A stretch of 64,000 nucleotides of DNA from Octopus bimaculoides. Its lineage: Eukaryota. The notes under the pieces were generated by a model, which saw only the letters and a list, made by a program, of their open reading frames with translations, had not been told where the DNA came from and searched no databases. A program made the position numbers and the translations under genes. This document shows positions 13,059 through 25,930 of this stretch, piece by piece. Numbering within the stretch: the stretch's first letter is position 1; every line of letters starts with the position of its first letter. The stretch covers positions 191,035,555 through 191,099,554 of the forward strand of contig NC_068981.1 in NCBI RefSeq assembly GCF_001194135.2, given 5' to 3'.

Positions 13059-13873
13059 GTGTGTGTGTATATAAATATATGTACATAAGTGTGTGCGTAT
13101 CTATATATATATATATTAAAAATGTAATCATTTATCTCAGAATAAAGTCTCTAAAATGAACAGTCATAGAATTTGTATGTGTAAAATGGTGATGATGATG
13201 ATGGGGGTGGATGGAAGGAAAAGGGAAGCTGTTTAAAAGGGAAATATTAAAAATATATTTAAAAAAAAGATAAACAAAAGAATTGGATCTTTTGTCATCT
13301 ATGTTGTTGATTAATTCTTTGGAATTATTTTGATCTTTTTCATTGCTAATCAGGTGATTAGAACATGCTGTAGTTGCAACATGTTGCAACACCTGCAGGT
13401 TTCATGTGTTGTAAACATGGATATATATGTAGACACATGCACACACACATATATACACACGCAAAGTGTGATTTAAAAAAAAATCTTAATATTTCATATG
13501 CACCCATTTCCAAAATTTATAGGAAATCTGACATTAGGCAGCATGGGTTTTTGCCTGTCGATTTTATATGTATTTCATACATAAATCAGCATTGAATATA
13601 ATAGAGTATGTCATGTGTGCAGATATGTGTGAAATTAAGTGGGAGGAGGAGGAGGAGGAGGAGAGAGAAAGTGGGAGTGAGGATGTGGCATATCGTTAAT
13701 GCACACAAGTTTGAAAAAATTTTGAATTTTAACAAAAACACTAATACTTTAATACTTTTCTCAATTCTTTGTGACAGGACAGAGATAAGACTTCACAGAG
13801 CATGTTGTTTCCACTGTTCTGACTGCTTTATTCTCCTTAGGAAGGATTAAAAATATATATACATACAAATGAA

Positions 13874-13925
<52 letters not shown>

Positions 13926-14249
13926 CTGAATGGCTGTTATGGGTAACATTCTTGCTTAAGGCCATTATTATCCAGAGAAGCTAAATATAATCACAGGATG
14001 TTACCAGACAGTCCTGGGTTAATGTTCAGTGCTAGTTTCCTATCTACTTACATACAGGAATTTCAAAATTGGTCAAAGATTAGCTTCAACAATCTTTTAT
14101 CTGTTTCATATAATTGTTTTCTTTTGTGTTTCATTCACCAACATTCTCACTTGTAACAGTAAGAACAAATTTTAATGTCAAATATAAGCTGGAGTTTGAG
14201 ATTTTCCATCATTGAATTCTACCAGAATGTAGAATAGCATCTCAAACAA

Positions 14250-14345
14250 AGCAGTCAACTGTTGTAGGTTAACATCTTTGACAATAGCAATCAACCACAT
14301 TGTTGACATCCTTGTTAAACTAAACAAAAAACTTCAGGAACCTTC
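14250..14345 (+). pseudogene. Possible degraded hAT transposase fragment
   Basis: HIVDILVKLNKKLQE resembles the hAT/Buster D-I-x3-L-N-x-L-x-L-Q motif; stops on both sides. Confidence 0.3.
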
Positions 14346-15440
14346 CATGCATTAATGTAGAGTCTTGTAACACAAAAACGTATTTTCTCTTTGACTTCTA
14401 TGTTAACTAGCTTCCATACAACATGGTAAGACTGGCTCCATGCCTGTACCCTAAACTAAAACTACCACTCTATTCTTATGTTATCATCATTGTTTTAACA
14501 TCCATTTTTCCATGCTTGCATGGGTCAGGTGGAATTCATTGATGCAGATACACTACAGTCGAATGCCTTTCTTATCACCAACCCTCACCTGTTTCTGACT
14601 ACAATTAAATGTACGCAAATAACAGCTCTGGCTCTTACTAACAACATACTCAGCTAATCTACTTTCACTCTTTGTCACCAACAACCTAAATCAACAACTC
14701 ACCTTATTATGATGATAAATCATTTCAGTTATTGTTATTATTATTATTTTTTTAGAAGGACACAGTGATACAATGCTCAACAAATAATGAAGGCCTAATA
14801 GTTGTGTACCAACAATATATTAAATTTAATCATAAGACTTAAACCAGTCATATCTAAGCCCTAATCTTTCTTATGAGATGTAAAAATGTTGTGAATTATT
14901 TTAAAATGATACACTTCACATTATCATAGCTGCATAAATGACATTTCTAGACACAGACAGTGATATTAGAATTAATATTTCCATCCCCATAACTGAGGGT
15001 CAGGAGTCCTCAGATACTAGCATCATTCTCACTGGTTCATTGTGTCTTTATGCTCCCTTTTAGGATCAGTGGGCCCCACGTCCTCTTTTGACCTGATTTA
15101 CTGTCAGGATTGACTCTATTAGCCTTCACTCCTTCATAGATATTCACAGACAATGAAGGTTTTCGCATGAAGTTGTCCTTCTTCTCATTCGACTGCCAAG
15201 CCCAGACTGCTCATCCAGTTATACTGCCTGTGTTGCTGAGGACACAGTAGTACCCTCTCCTGGAGGCAAGTGGTTAAGTGGTTAGGGTATTTAACTCAAA
15301 ATCATATTTTCTCTAGTGTAGTCAACTCTGCTACAAGAATTCAGACCATGTCTTCAGTCTGAAGGGAGTTTCCTTCTTTTCACTCCTGAGTCTTGGAGAT
15401 TCTGCAAAAGGTCACAAGTATTGTCTTCCTTGGAACAAAC

Positions 15441-16542
15441 CAGTGCTGGATTAACCACTATGCATAATATCGACATGCTTAGGGCATCAAGGGAAGGAGG
15501 GGGACACCACAGAAATGGTAAATGGTTTATGGTACAAAAGAAATCACTTTAAACTTGCTAAAAGAATATTTGAAGTGGTTTACATGGTTGGAAATATAAT
15601 TTTGACATGTTCATAGTGTCACAGTGAGGATCTCATCAAAGACTTTGCAATTAAAAAAAGTAGGAGAAATCTTTTTCAAATGTAAATAAAGTAGAAGTCT
15701 ACAAAAATAAACATTACTTTCCATCTCGCATAGTTTTGTCTCATTTTGAAAAATAAAAATTTATTTTATGGTTTATTATTACTCTTTTACTTTTTTACTT
15801 GTTTCAGTCATTTGACTGTGCTCATGCTGGAGCACTGCTTTTAGTTGAGCAAATCGACCCCAGGACTTATTCTTTGAAAGCCAAGAACTCATTTTATCGG
15901 TCTCTTTTTCCAAACCGCTAAGTTACGGGGATGTAAACACACCACCATCGGTTGTTAAGTGATGTTGGGGGGGACAAACACAGACACACAAACATACACA
16001 CACACACATATATATATATATATGGGAGCACCAAAATCTATTAAGTACTTAGGGCCTCTATAGGTCTTAATTTGGACCAGGAACAAACATTTCAAAAAGA
16101 ACNNNNNNNNNNNNNNNNNNNNNNNNNNNNNNNNNNNNNNNNNNNNNNNNNNNNNNNNNNNNNNNNNNNNNNNNNNNNNNNNNNNNNNNATATATATACA
16201 TATATACGATGGGCTTTTTTCAGTTTTCCATCTACCAAATCCACTCACAAGGCTTTGGTCGGCCCGAGACTATAGTAGAAGACATTTGCCCAAGGTGCCA
16301 CGCAGTAGGAATGAACACAGAACCATGTGGTTGGTAAGCAAGCTACTTACCACATAGCCACTCCTGCGCCTACTGTTGTTTATATTATTTACATTATTTA
16401 CGTTTGTAATGTACATAATTCCTCATCTCTTAAATATAGAACTGTATTATTGTTTATATTTTGAATTACATATATATATATATATGGGAGCACCAAAATC
16501 TATTAAGTACTTAGGGCCTCTATAGGTCTTAATTTGGACCAG
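15441..16542 (+). mobile_element. Non-autonomous hAT element with nested SINE A, 8-bp TSD
   Basis: cagtgctggattaa ... ttaatttggaccag; TSD gaacaaac at 15433-15440 and 16543-16550; SINE A pieces at about 15783-16020 and 16190-16372 on minus. Confidence 0.75.
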
Positions 16543-16959
16543 GAACAAACATTTCAAAAAGAACCAGGGCAGCACATCAACGATCATTTAAAGCCATTAT
16601 CTCTACCACCCAATTTGAACAAACAATAAACTTATATACAGACTGTAAAAGTTACATTATTAACCACACAAGGAACTGAGATTGTTGCAAAGCAAGCAAA
16701 TCAATTTTGTCTGCTGCAGCCACTGTCAGAGTCTTCAATCATCTGAAAACAGACTGGATTGTAAAATAGATAATGTTCCATGCCTGCTACACTGCACCCT
16801 ACGCATATAACATGCCATGAATGCTAGAATATTACAATGCACTCTGCAGCAGATAGAATATTTCATGGCTGTGACACTGCATTCTATAGACATACCACTC
16901 TATGGTTTATAGCCTACAATATATATATAGCTCTCTCTATCTCTCTCTCTCTCTCTCTC

Positions 16960-17024
<65 letters not shown>

Positions 17025-17134
17025 AATATATGCATATATACATACATATATGTACATACCTACATATATATCTATATACACATGCATATATGAGTAGAGG
17101 ACATTTAGAAAATATGAACAAAATGAGAAACAAG

Positions 17135-17390
17135 AACATAAAAAGCAAAAACATAGAAAACGAACTTTTTTCCAAACAATGAAAGAAACAAACAGAGAAA
17201 CGAGACAGGCAACATAAAGAGTATATCCCTTCGTCAGTTGCCCCTGTTTCGAAGGTAGGGAACGTGGAGTAGATAAAACAGGGGACAACTGATGAAGGGA
17301 ATGTTCTTTATGTTGCCCGTCTCGTTTCTCTATTTGTTTCTTTCGTTGTTCAAAAAAAAGTTCGTTTTCTATGTTTTTGTTTTTTATGTT
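17135..17390. mobile_element. Fold-back (inverted-repeat) element, about 115-bp arms
   Basis: aacataaaaagcaaaaacatagaaaacgaac...cccctgttt / aaacagggg...gttcgttttctatgtttttgttttttatgtt around a loop of about 25 nt. Confidence 0.8.
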
Positions 17391-17408
17391 GGAAAGGGGA
17401 CGTTAAAA

Positions 17409-17444
<36 letters not shown>

Positions 17445-17449
17445 AGGCT

Positions 17450-17725
17450 GATGCATTGGGCAATATGATATGCTTGAGAAGACCCTTTGAGTCAAATAAT
17501 ACCAAAATCGTAGCCAGGCCTGCCCGACTGGCTCCTGTGCCGGTTAGACATAGAAAGCACCCACTACACTCTCAGAGTGGTTGGCGTTAGGAAGGGTGTC
17601 CAGCTGTAGAAACATTGCCAGATCAGATTGGAGCCTGGTACAGCCGCTGGCCTTCCAGACCTCAATCAAACCGTCCGACCCATGTCAGCATGGAAAATAG
17701 ACGTTAAACAACGACAACAACGATG
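17450..17725 (+). mobile_element. RTE-tail copy with CAA/CGA-type tail
   Basis: Family body, tail gttaaacaacgacaacaacgatg. Confidence 0.75.
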
Positions 17726-17762
17726 CCATGTTGCCCAATATAGAAGTAACGGAGTATTGTAC

Positions 17763-17844
17763 CTGTAAAATGTATTGCAACAGTTGCGGAGTGTCATATC
17801 CATAGCTGTAGAATGTAATGTAGAATATGGTTTGACCCACCCAC
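17763..17844 (-). CDS. Candidate coding exon
   Basis: Polypyrimidine tract plus ctaac branch-like motif, tttgag| ... cag|gtacaa; two frames open (GWVKPYSTLHSTAMDMTLRNCCNTFY or WVGQTIFYITFYSYGYDTPQLLQYILQ). Confidence 0.3.
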
Positions 17845-18301
17845 CTCAAAAGTTGATTGAAGTTAGTAGTCGGAGAAAACAAAAAGGAAAAGTAAAACAG
17901 TAAAGACCGTGACATAAAAGCAAGCATAAAATTTGTTGATGTAATCCTTATCCTGTTCTTAGTGGATTCACAAATGGTAGTAAACGATGACTGTGACAGT
18001 ATAATATATTGTTTGATATAAAACACTCCAGACATAGCAGCTTAAATGGATTTGTTGCCTTTAACGTACTGTCTGGAAATAAACCTAACAGACACTCACA
18101 CACACACACAATGGGTATGACATATTTAACTTTCTCCGACTTGTGTTATGAATAATTTTAAAATAAATCTTTCTTGAGTGTACTGTACTTAAAACACTGG
18201 AAATGTTATGCTGTTGGACACTTTTAGCTTTGACATGGTGTTAAAATCCAAGAAAAAGTCTTAGACTTTTGGTTAAACTAAAAACTAAATTTGTTCAACA
18301 T

Positions 18302-19040
18302 TAGGTGTGGCTGTGTGGTAAAAAGTATGCTTCCCAACCGCATGGTTCCAATTTCAGTCCCATTGCATGGCACCTTGGGTAAGTGTCTTGCATTGTAGCC
18401 TCGGGTTGACCAAAGCCTTATGAGTGGATTTGGTAGATAGAAATTGAAAGAAGCCCTTTGTGTATGTATATATATATATACTGTTGTGTCTGGGGAGAGT
18501 CATTCTCTTTTGGTGCCTTATAATTTAACACACTCACCGATAAAATTTCCACTTATTTCTTTTTTAATTCTTCTAAAATTTTCAACAGTTTTGAGTCAAA
18601 ACTATTGAAAAGGTTGCAAGACGCAATGAAAATTTTAGAAAAAGAAATAAGTAGAAATTTTACCGGTGAGTGTATTAAATTATAAGTCACCAAAAGAGAA
18701 TGACTCTCCCCAGACACAACAGAATATGCTTCAAGACACAAACTCACATAAAGAATCTTGCAAATCAAATCCAAAAATGAAATATATATATATACATATA
18801 TATATGTGTGTGTGTGTGTATATATATGTATGCTCATGTGTATGTCTTTGTCCCTTACCATTACTTGACAGCCAGTGTTGGTGTGTTTATGTCCCTGTAA
18901 CTTAGCAGTTTGGCAAAAGAAACTAGTAGGATAAGTACCAGGCTTACAAAAAACTAGGGTTTGATTCGGTTAACTAAAAGTTCCTCAAAGCAGTGCCCAA
19001 GCATGGCTGCAGTCTAATGACTGAAACAAGCAAAAGAATA
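18302..19040 (+). mobile_element. SINE A interrupted in its TA tract by a palindrome
   Basis: Head 18302-18480, insert about 18481-18780, body/tail about 18800-19040. Confidence 0.75.
18481..18722. repeat. Spacerless fold-back palindrome
   Basis: ctgttgtgtctggggagagtcattctc... / ...gagaatgactctccccagacacaacag; centre ttttga-g-tcaaaa near 18596. Confidence 0.85.
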
Positions 19041-19072
19041 ATTAAGAAATTAAAACAAAAATGGATACCAAT

Positions 19073-19123
<51 letters not shown>

Positions 19124-20189
19124 GGGGAAATAATCTGGGTCTCCACTGCACTACTTTAATCCAGTTGCTTTAGAGAATCAATGGTGCCCAGGTGAAAATA
19201 TTTATTGCAAACAAATTCTGAAGATTTTGTTAGGAAATCACGTATGGAAATCTAATTCTAACTCAGTCTCTGGGGAGGATAATTCACTGTGTTGTCCATG
19301 TGATACAAATACTAAATCTTTTACAATTTGTCTGGTTAGACTCCAGTGTTTTATTCATAGGAGAAATGGATGTGTATGTTCAGTTGTATTTGTCATCTTC
19401 ATCGTCACCATCATCAATATCATTGTCATCAGCTTTATTATCACTATCATCGTCATCGTCATTATCATTATCATCATCATTGTCATCATTGTCATCATTG
19501 TCACTGTCATCATTATCATTTCATGTCTGTTTTTATTTTTCATACCTGCATGTGTTGGACGAGACTTATTGAGACAGATTTCTTTCTGTTACTAATCCTT
19601 GTTTTGCAGCTAAACTGTTTCTATTCCACAAGTCTTCACATATCAGAACCTATAAGGTAGAAGACATGATATTTACTGCAAATGTAAATAAGGGTCTCTG
19701 TTTGAGCACAAACGGTGACAATATGAAAAACTATGTAGGAGTTTTTTACAAGGTAGGATTTTTTTACAAATTTCATTTACACAGCATTGGTTGTTCAGAG
19801 GCTTAAGTTGAAGACAGTTGCACAAGATGCCATGGTACGCTGTGGGATTGAAACTGGAGCCATGTGGTTGCGAAGCAAGCTTTGCAACTACACACACCCA
19901 TGCACGCAAGTACACATATGCACATCCTTAAATTTACAAACCATATTCAATCAACTCCCTTTGTACAGCATGATCATAAACAAACATATCTTTATTAAAA
20001 CAAAGAACGGAGGTTCCTTTTTTTTTTTCGGGGTTTTTTTTTTTTTTTTGAAAAAACACAGGAATTCATCTCTGCTCACTTTCTATTATCTAATTGTTGA
20101 GAAGTTATCTTTTTATGGCACTTGAGAATTCTTTTATAATTCGATTGTCTACAATAGAATGAATGATATCTTTGTTTCTGTTGCCTTAC

Positions 20190-20349
20190 ACAAAAATAAC
20201 TGCAATTTATCATTTCACTCTCCTTTGATATTAGATAATTTGATAGACATTTCAATGCAAAAATAGATTTTTCAATGACCTGGAACTGTACATTAAGACA
20301 TTCACTAGTTTTTCTAGAAGATTCTTTGGCTACTGTCCCAGTTATAAAT
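20190..20349 (-). CDS. Candidate coding exon
   Basis: tttgtag| ... |gtaagg; 53-codon open frame FITGTVAKESSRKTSECLNVQFQVIEKSIFALKCLSNYLISKESEMINCSYFC, in-frame stop just upstream of the acceptor. Confidence 0.3.
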
Positions 20350-20549
20350 CTACAAACTTAACAAGTGAAAGTAGTTCCGACAATGTGCTTTTTCTTATAT
20401 CCATGGTACCACAAAGGAAACCATTGAATAGTTTCATGTCAAACTACACAAACTACTGAAAGACATCAATGCTTTATATATATATATATATATATATNNN
20501 NNNNNNNNNNNNNNNNNNNNNNNNNNNNNNNNNNNNNNNNNNNNNNNNN

Positions 20550-20587
<38 letters not shown>

Positions 20588-21024
20588 CATGTACATGTGT
20601 ATGTTTGTGTATATATCAATGAGCATATGTGTGTGTGTGTATATGCATATGTATTTATGTATATATGTGTATACAAATATGTATGGATGTATATGGAGTA
20701 CAACTTGATGTAGGAAATGGTATTTGAATTAGAATAGCTTGTAAGATGTCTAAAAAGGAAAGAAAAAAAGAGGAAACTATTTTTAATAAATTAGTTCAAT
20801 GATGAAGAAGAAAGCTTAAATTTGACTGCCTATTGTTTGTTAGTCCTGTTCTTCTCTATTTGAGCAGAACTGATAACACACCAAGGTAGACAATTGAATG
20901 CTAAGGAACTAACCATATATCTTTTCGAGTTCTGTGTCTAGTCTAAGACTTGTAATACATTCTGTCTGTTGGGAAAGAGATCAATGTCTGGACATGGAAT
21001 GCTGTGTGTAGGGCGGGGTTTCAA

Positions 21025-21200
21025 TCTTAGCAGCAACAAGAGCATATTGTGCTCTACACCATAATCTTGTTGTAGCAACCAGAATATATTGTGATGCATA
21101 ATGATATAGCAGAAAAGACTGTGTTGTAGGATACCTTGTTGTAACAACCAGAGCATATTTTGGGGTACCTTGCTGTATCATAAAGAGCATATTGCATATA
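21025..21200 (+). repeat. Degenerate minisatellite, 4 copies of core cttgttgtagcaaccagagcatattgtg
   Basis: Core recurs with variable spacers. Confidence 0.55.
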
Positions 21201-21860
21201 TGTTGTAGTCACTGTTTAGCCCCAGGTCAACTTTTATTTTAAAAGATCCTTGATCAAAAGCTCTCAAACCATGGCCCATCCTGTCTTTCTAGAAGGTTCC
21301 TAAGGCCACATTATCTAATATATTCTCTCTTATTTATATTGGTTGGGATTTGATTTGAGGAAGGCTTGGCTTCTATTTTTAGCAGTTTGAGTGATGGCAC
21401 TGCAGACTCCATCATTGGTTCAAGCCTATTCATGTATGAATTTGTGATTTAGTTGAATTAGCAGTATGATAATAACCTATTTAAGTGGTGAATCTAATTG
21501 GAAACTAAGATTAAAATATTGAAAACTTATGTATTAAAAACGCAAAAAATTTATAACCCAATAATGGTATTTTGAATATCTTTCTCCAAATTAGGATATA
21601 AAAGAAATTATTTAGTCATTAGAATTATTGATAAGATTGGGGAAGAAATATCAAACAAGTTTATTATCATTTAAAGTGTAGTGACTTTTACATATTAATT
21701 TAGACAACAATATTAATTAGAATAATCTTTGAACTGATGTCTTTGAATTAAGATTTCTTAAAAAGAAGAAAGCTGAAATAATAATTTCTAAGACAGACAT
21801 CACAGTGCTAATTTTTAGATAGGAATGGTGGGAAGAGGTGATTAAACTGACCATGTGTAT

Positions 21861-22202
21861 CAGGGGTTCCCAAAGTGGGCAGTACTGCCCCGTTGGGGAG
21901 CGGTGGAAAGATCCAAGGGGGTTGGAGAAAAGTGGGATGATCATGGGGTGGCCAAAATGAGGTAATAGATGTAAAAAATATATATATTAATAGGTTAACT
22001 ACTCTTTTACTTGTTTCAATCATTTGACTGTGGCCATGCTGGAGCACCGCCTTTAATCGAGCAAATCGACCCCAGGACTTATTCTTTGTAAGCCTAGTAC
22101 TTATTCTATCGGTCTCTTTTGCCGAACTGCTAAGTTATGGGGATGTAAACACACTAGCATCGGTTGTCGAGCAATGTTGGGCGGACAAACACAGACACAC
22201 AA

Positions 22203-22236
<34 letters not shown>

Positions 22237-22553
22237 GTATATACGACGGGCTTCTTTCAGCTTCCATCTACCAAATCCACTCACAAGGCTTTGGTCAGCC
22301 TGAGGCTATAGTAGAAGACACTTGTCCAAGTTGCCAAGCAAGTGGGACTGAACCTGGAACCATGTGGTTGGTAAGCAAGCTACTCCTACACAGCCACTCC
22401 TACACCTACGCATAAGTTTTATTGATGAAATAGAATAGTTTTGAATTTGCTGCAGAAAGTGGTCTATATTTGTGGTGAGGAGAGTGAGGTGGGTGCTAGG
22501 AATGTGGCCTGGTACCAAGGGAGCAGCAGCCTGAAAAAGTTTGGGAACTAATG
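21861..22553 (+). mobile_element. hAT/Charlie-type MITE with nested SINE A
   Basis: caggggttcccaaa ... tttgggaactaatg; degenerate 8-bp TSD atgtgtat/atgtacat; SINE A on minus at about 22003-22410. Confidence 0.65.
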
Positions 22554-22609
22554 ATGTACATGACTGGTACCTTTATTGACCTTGGTAGGAATTAGGATTA
22601 ATACATATA

Positions 22610-22982
22610 TGCAGATGTAACTGTGTGGCCAAAAAGTTTGCTTCCAGTCACATGATTTCAGGTTCAGTCCTTGCCTTGAGCAAGTGTCTTCTCTTATAGC
22701 CCTGGGTCAACCAAAGATGTGTGAGTGAATTTAATTGATGTAACCTGAAAGAAGTCCTTTGTGTATGTGTTTGTGTCCCTTTGTCTTTAAATCACATGAT
22801 TGTTGTTAATGAATGTCATACAATTCCAATATCCTGTGGAAACCTGTCTGGTCATGAGTAAATATTACCTTATTTGGGAACATGTGGAGGTTGAAGACAG
22901 GAAAAGCATTTGGTCATAGAAAATTTGTTCCATCTGACCTGTTTAAGGTTTAGAAAAGTGGATGTTAAAATGATGATGATGG
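22610..22982 (+). mobile_element. SINE family D (family A head/core + RTE-type tail)
   Basis: Head as family A, tail ...aaaagtggatgttaaaatgatgatgatg. Confidence 0.65.
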
Positions 22983-24046
22983 CTTGAAAGTCATCACTAA
23001 ATGAACAAGATATTTTGTCTGATGGTCTGCTGGTGAATCTTGAAGTTATAATTAATAATGATTACTGAGTTAATTAATAGTTGAATACATTTTGTTAAAT
23101 TTCATTTTTAAAATATTACATTAAGTTTATACGTTTATAAAGTTGAGGTCAGGTGCAAGTCTGCATGGTTAAAAAGCTTCCTTCTCAACCACATGGCTTA
23201 GATTCAGTCTCACTGCACAGCACCTTGGGCAAGTGTTATTTACTACAACCCCAGGCTGACTAATACCTTGTGAATTTAGTAGGTGAGAACTGTACAGAAC
23301 CCAGTTTATGTATGTGAGTGCATGTGTGTTATGTTTACGTCTTGCACACTTTGCATGAAAAGGCACTGAGCTACAAGGGATAAAGTTTGTCATCTCTCGG
23401 TCAACAAATAATCGACTGGTTCTGTACTTTCAAAAATGAATGGAGTAAAGTATCCCTGACTTAGAAAAAAAAAGTAAAGGTTAGCAACAGGGAAGGTACC
23501 CTAGTGGGATTTGAACTCAGAATGTAAAGAGCTGGAATGAATATTGCAAAGTATTTTTACTAAAACTCTTACAATTCTATGAATTTAACCCCTTTAGTTC
23601 TTCTAAAAGTAATAGGTAAATTAAATGGCAGTGTTTCAGTGTCAGTGATAACATCACTTTCTCTATCTCCTTCTCTTTCAGGCAGAAGTCCCGGTATAAA
23701 ACTTTAGAGTCTGTACTTTCTTGTGGTCATTGAACTTAACAAACTCCCTTCTTATCGGTTGATTGATGCCAACACAATCTAGAACTGGTTTCCTAAAATT
23801 CCACATATTTCCACATCTAATATTTAAGATAAAATATTTAGGGATTTTTCTTTTCTTTTTTTTTTTTATTAATGTTTTAGGCCTAGAAATTTGAGATCAA
23901 GTGATACTTGATATTTTTAGATTGATTTATTAACTGTATACAATATTCAAAATTGATAATTTATGTTAAAAAAACTGGATAAATTTGGAAGTAATTACTG
24001 CTTCTATTCTTATCACTATGTATTTCATCAATGCTTNNNNNNNNNN

Positions 24047-24081
<35 letters not shown>

Positions 24082-25735
24082 GTGTAAGTGCATACTTTCT
24101 CGAACTTTTATTAAACTGCTTTTGGCTAATACATTTCTTTACTAACATCCTTATGTCTCCCACCTCACTTCCTTTATATATTATCCTCTTCAAAATAAAT
24201 TGAAGAATTCTCTGAAATTTATGTAATTACAATTTTAATCATTCAATACAAAATGTTCAATTAGATATATATGCTGCTCTGTGTATATGTATATATATAT
24301 GTGTGTGTGTATGTGTGTATGTTTGCGTCCACTTATGTATTTGTGTTCAGCTGCATGCTTATAATTCTTGAAAACTTCAATCTCTGAATGTTAGTAATTA
24401 GAGACAAAAATCTACTTGAACCTGTTGATTGACTTCTCGTTCTTACTTTGAAGAATCTTCCTATCTTTGTTTGGAATCTCTAAACGAAGACAACTTAATG
24501 ATTAAGGAGGGTTTGTGTGTGCTTCAGTTTTGTTAACAGCTCCATTTTTCTTTTTCTATTCTTTATTTTTTATGGCAATCAAAACCAATGAAATAATAAT
24601 CTTAATAAATCTGTGATAAAAATCTCAAAATTTAACTTTGCTTAGAAATATAATTTAAAATTAAATTAAATTGCAGATTTCCGTTTGTTCATTTATTAGA
24701 AAAAATAAAAGTTAGTACTCCTTTATAGAAGTTTACCTTGTATAAGCAGTAGTAGTAGTAGTAGTAAGAGGAGGTGGAATAATTAACCCTGTATAAGGGA
24801 CAAGAGAAAACAATGATTGTAATTTTTGTCTTCTCACCTTATTGCTTACCTTCCCAGTATTCACTTCATCCTTAACACACTCTGTTCTATTTGCCATCAT
24901 AATCCTATTATCTCATTTCTTATTTTTCCTTCCATATTTCTTACCCAAAATTGCTTGAGGTTTTTTTTGTTCTTTATTTTTTGTGTGGGTGTTTCCCTAT
25001 TAATCTTTATTTGTAGGAGGAACAAAGAAATGTGAGTTATGTATTTCCAGTCAATGCGTTAAGGGCAGAGTATTAGAGTACTAATGTGGTTAAGAAATTC
25101 ATTTTGCCCTTCATATGGTTTTTGGGTTCACTCCCACTGTGCCACACCTGCAGCATCTTCTAATATAGCCAAGCATTGGCAATGCATTGTGAATGAATTT
25201 GATTGACAGAAATTGTGTGGAAGTCTATCATGTGTGTGTGTGTGTGTGTTGGATTGTTTATGTCCCCATAATCCAACAGCTGGTACTGGATTGTTTGTCC
25301 CCATAACTTAGTGGTTCAGCAAAAGGATGATGTGTGTTCCCAGAGAATATTACCCTCAGGGTGCTAGTGTTGGTATATTCGTGAATAAGTCACTAACCGA
25401 AATAAGTGGATCTATTGTTTAGGAAAATACTATTTACTTGTTTAATTGCTGTACTGGATAAATTGCGAAAATAACTCAAACAGTTCAAATACTAAGAAAT
25501 AAGCATACTCAATTTGATTTATACCAAATAATTTAGGAAAATGAATGGGTTATTTCCCTTGGCTTTTAAAATAAAATGTATTAGATATCTGCAGGGATCC
25601 CTTCCAGGGACCCAATTATCGATTTTTTTTCAACAATCTGAGTATGCCATGCGGTTTCCAGACATGTGTCAAAATCGATAAAACGATGTAGGAGGAGTTA
25701 GCTAACAACTCCACAAACACACCCACAGAATTTTT

Positions 25736-25769
<34 letters not shown>

Positions 25770-25776
<7 letters not shown>

Positions 25777-25930
25777 AGAATTCACAAAAAAAACAACAGA
25801 TGAAAACAGGTGGTGTAGAAAACAAACAGATGTATTAGTATAACACTCAGGAATTGAAAAAGTCTTTAACGTTTCGAGCCTATGCTCTTCCACAGAAAGG
25901 AACACAGAAAAAAAGGAGAGAAAAAAACGG
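25770..25930 (-). mobile_element. Penelope-like terminal fragment with hammerhead-like motif
   Basis: 25899-25864 reads CUUU-CUGUGGA-A-GAGC-auag-GCUC-GAAAC-GUU-AAAG. Confidence 0.55.

Noticed and set aside
14052-14100. Exon ending at the strong minus donor gtaagtag
   Set aside because: All three frames are closed after each nearby acceptor.
17285-17320. Hammerhead at ctgatgaaggg
   Set aside because: No stem II closure or GAAAC downstream.
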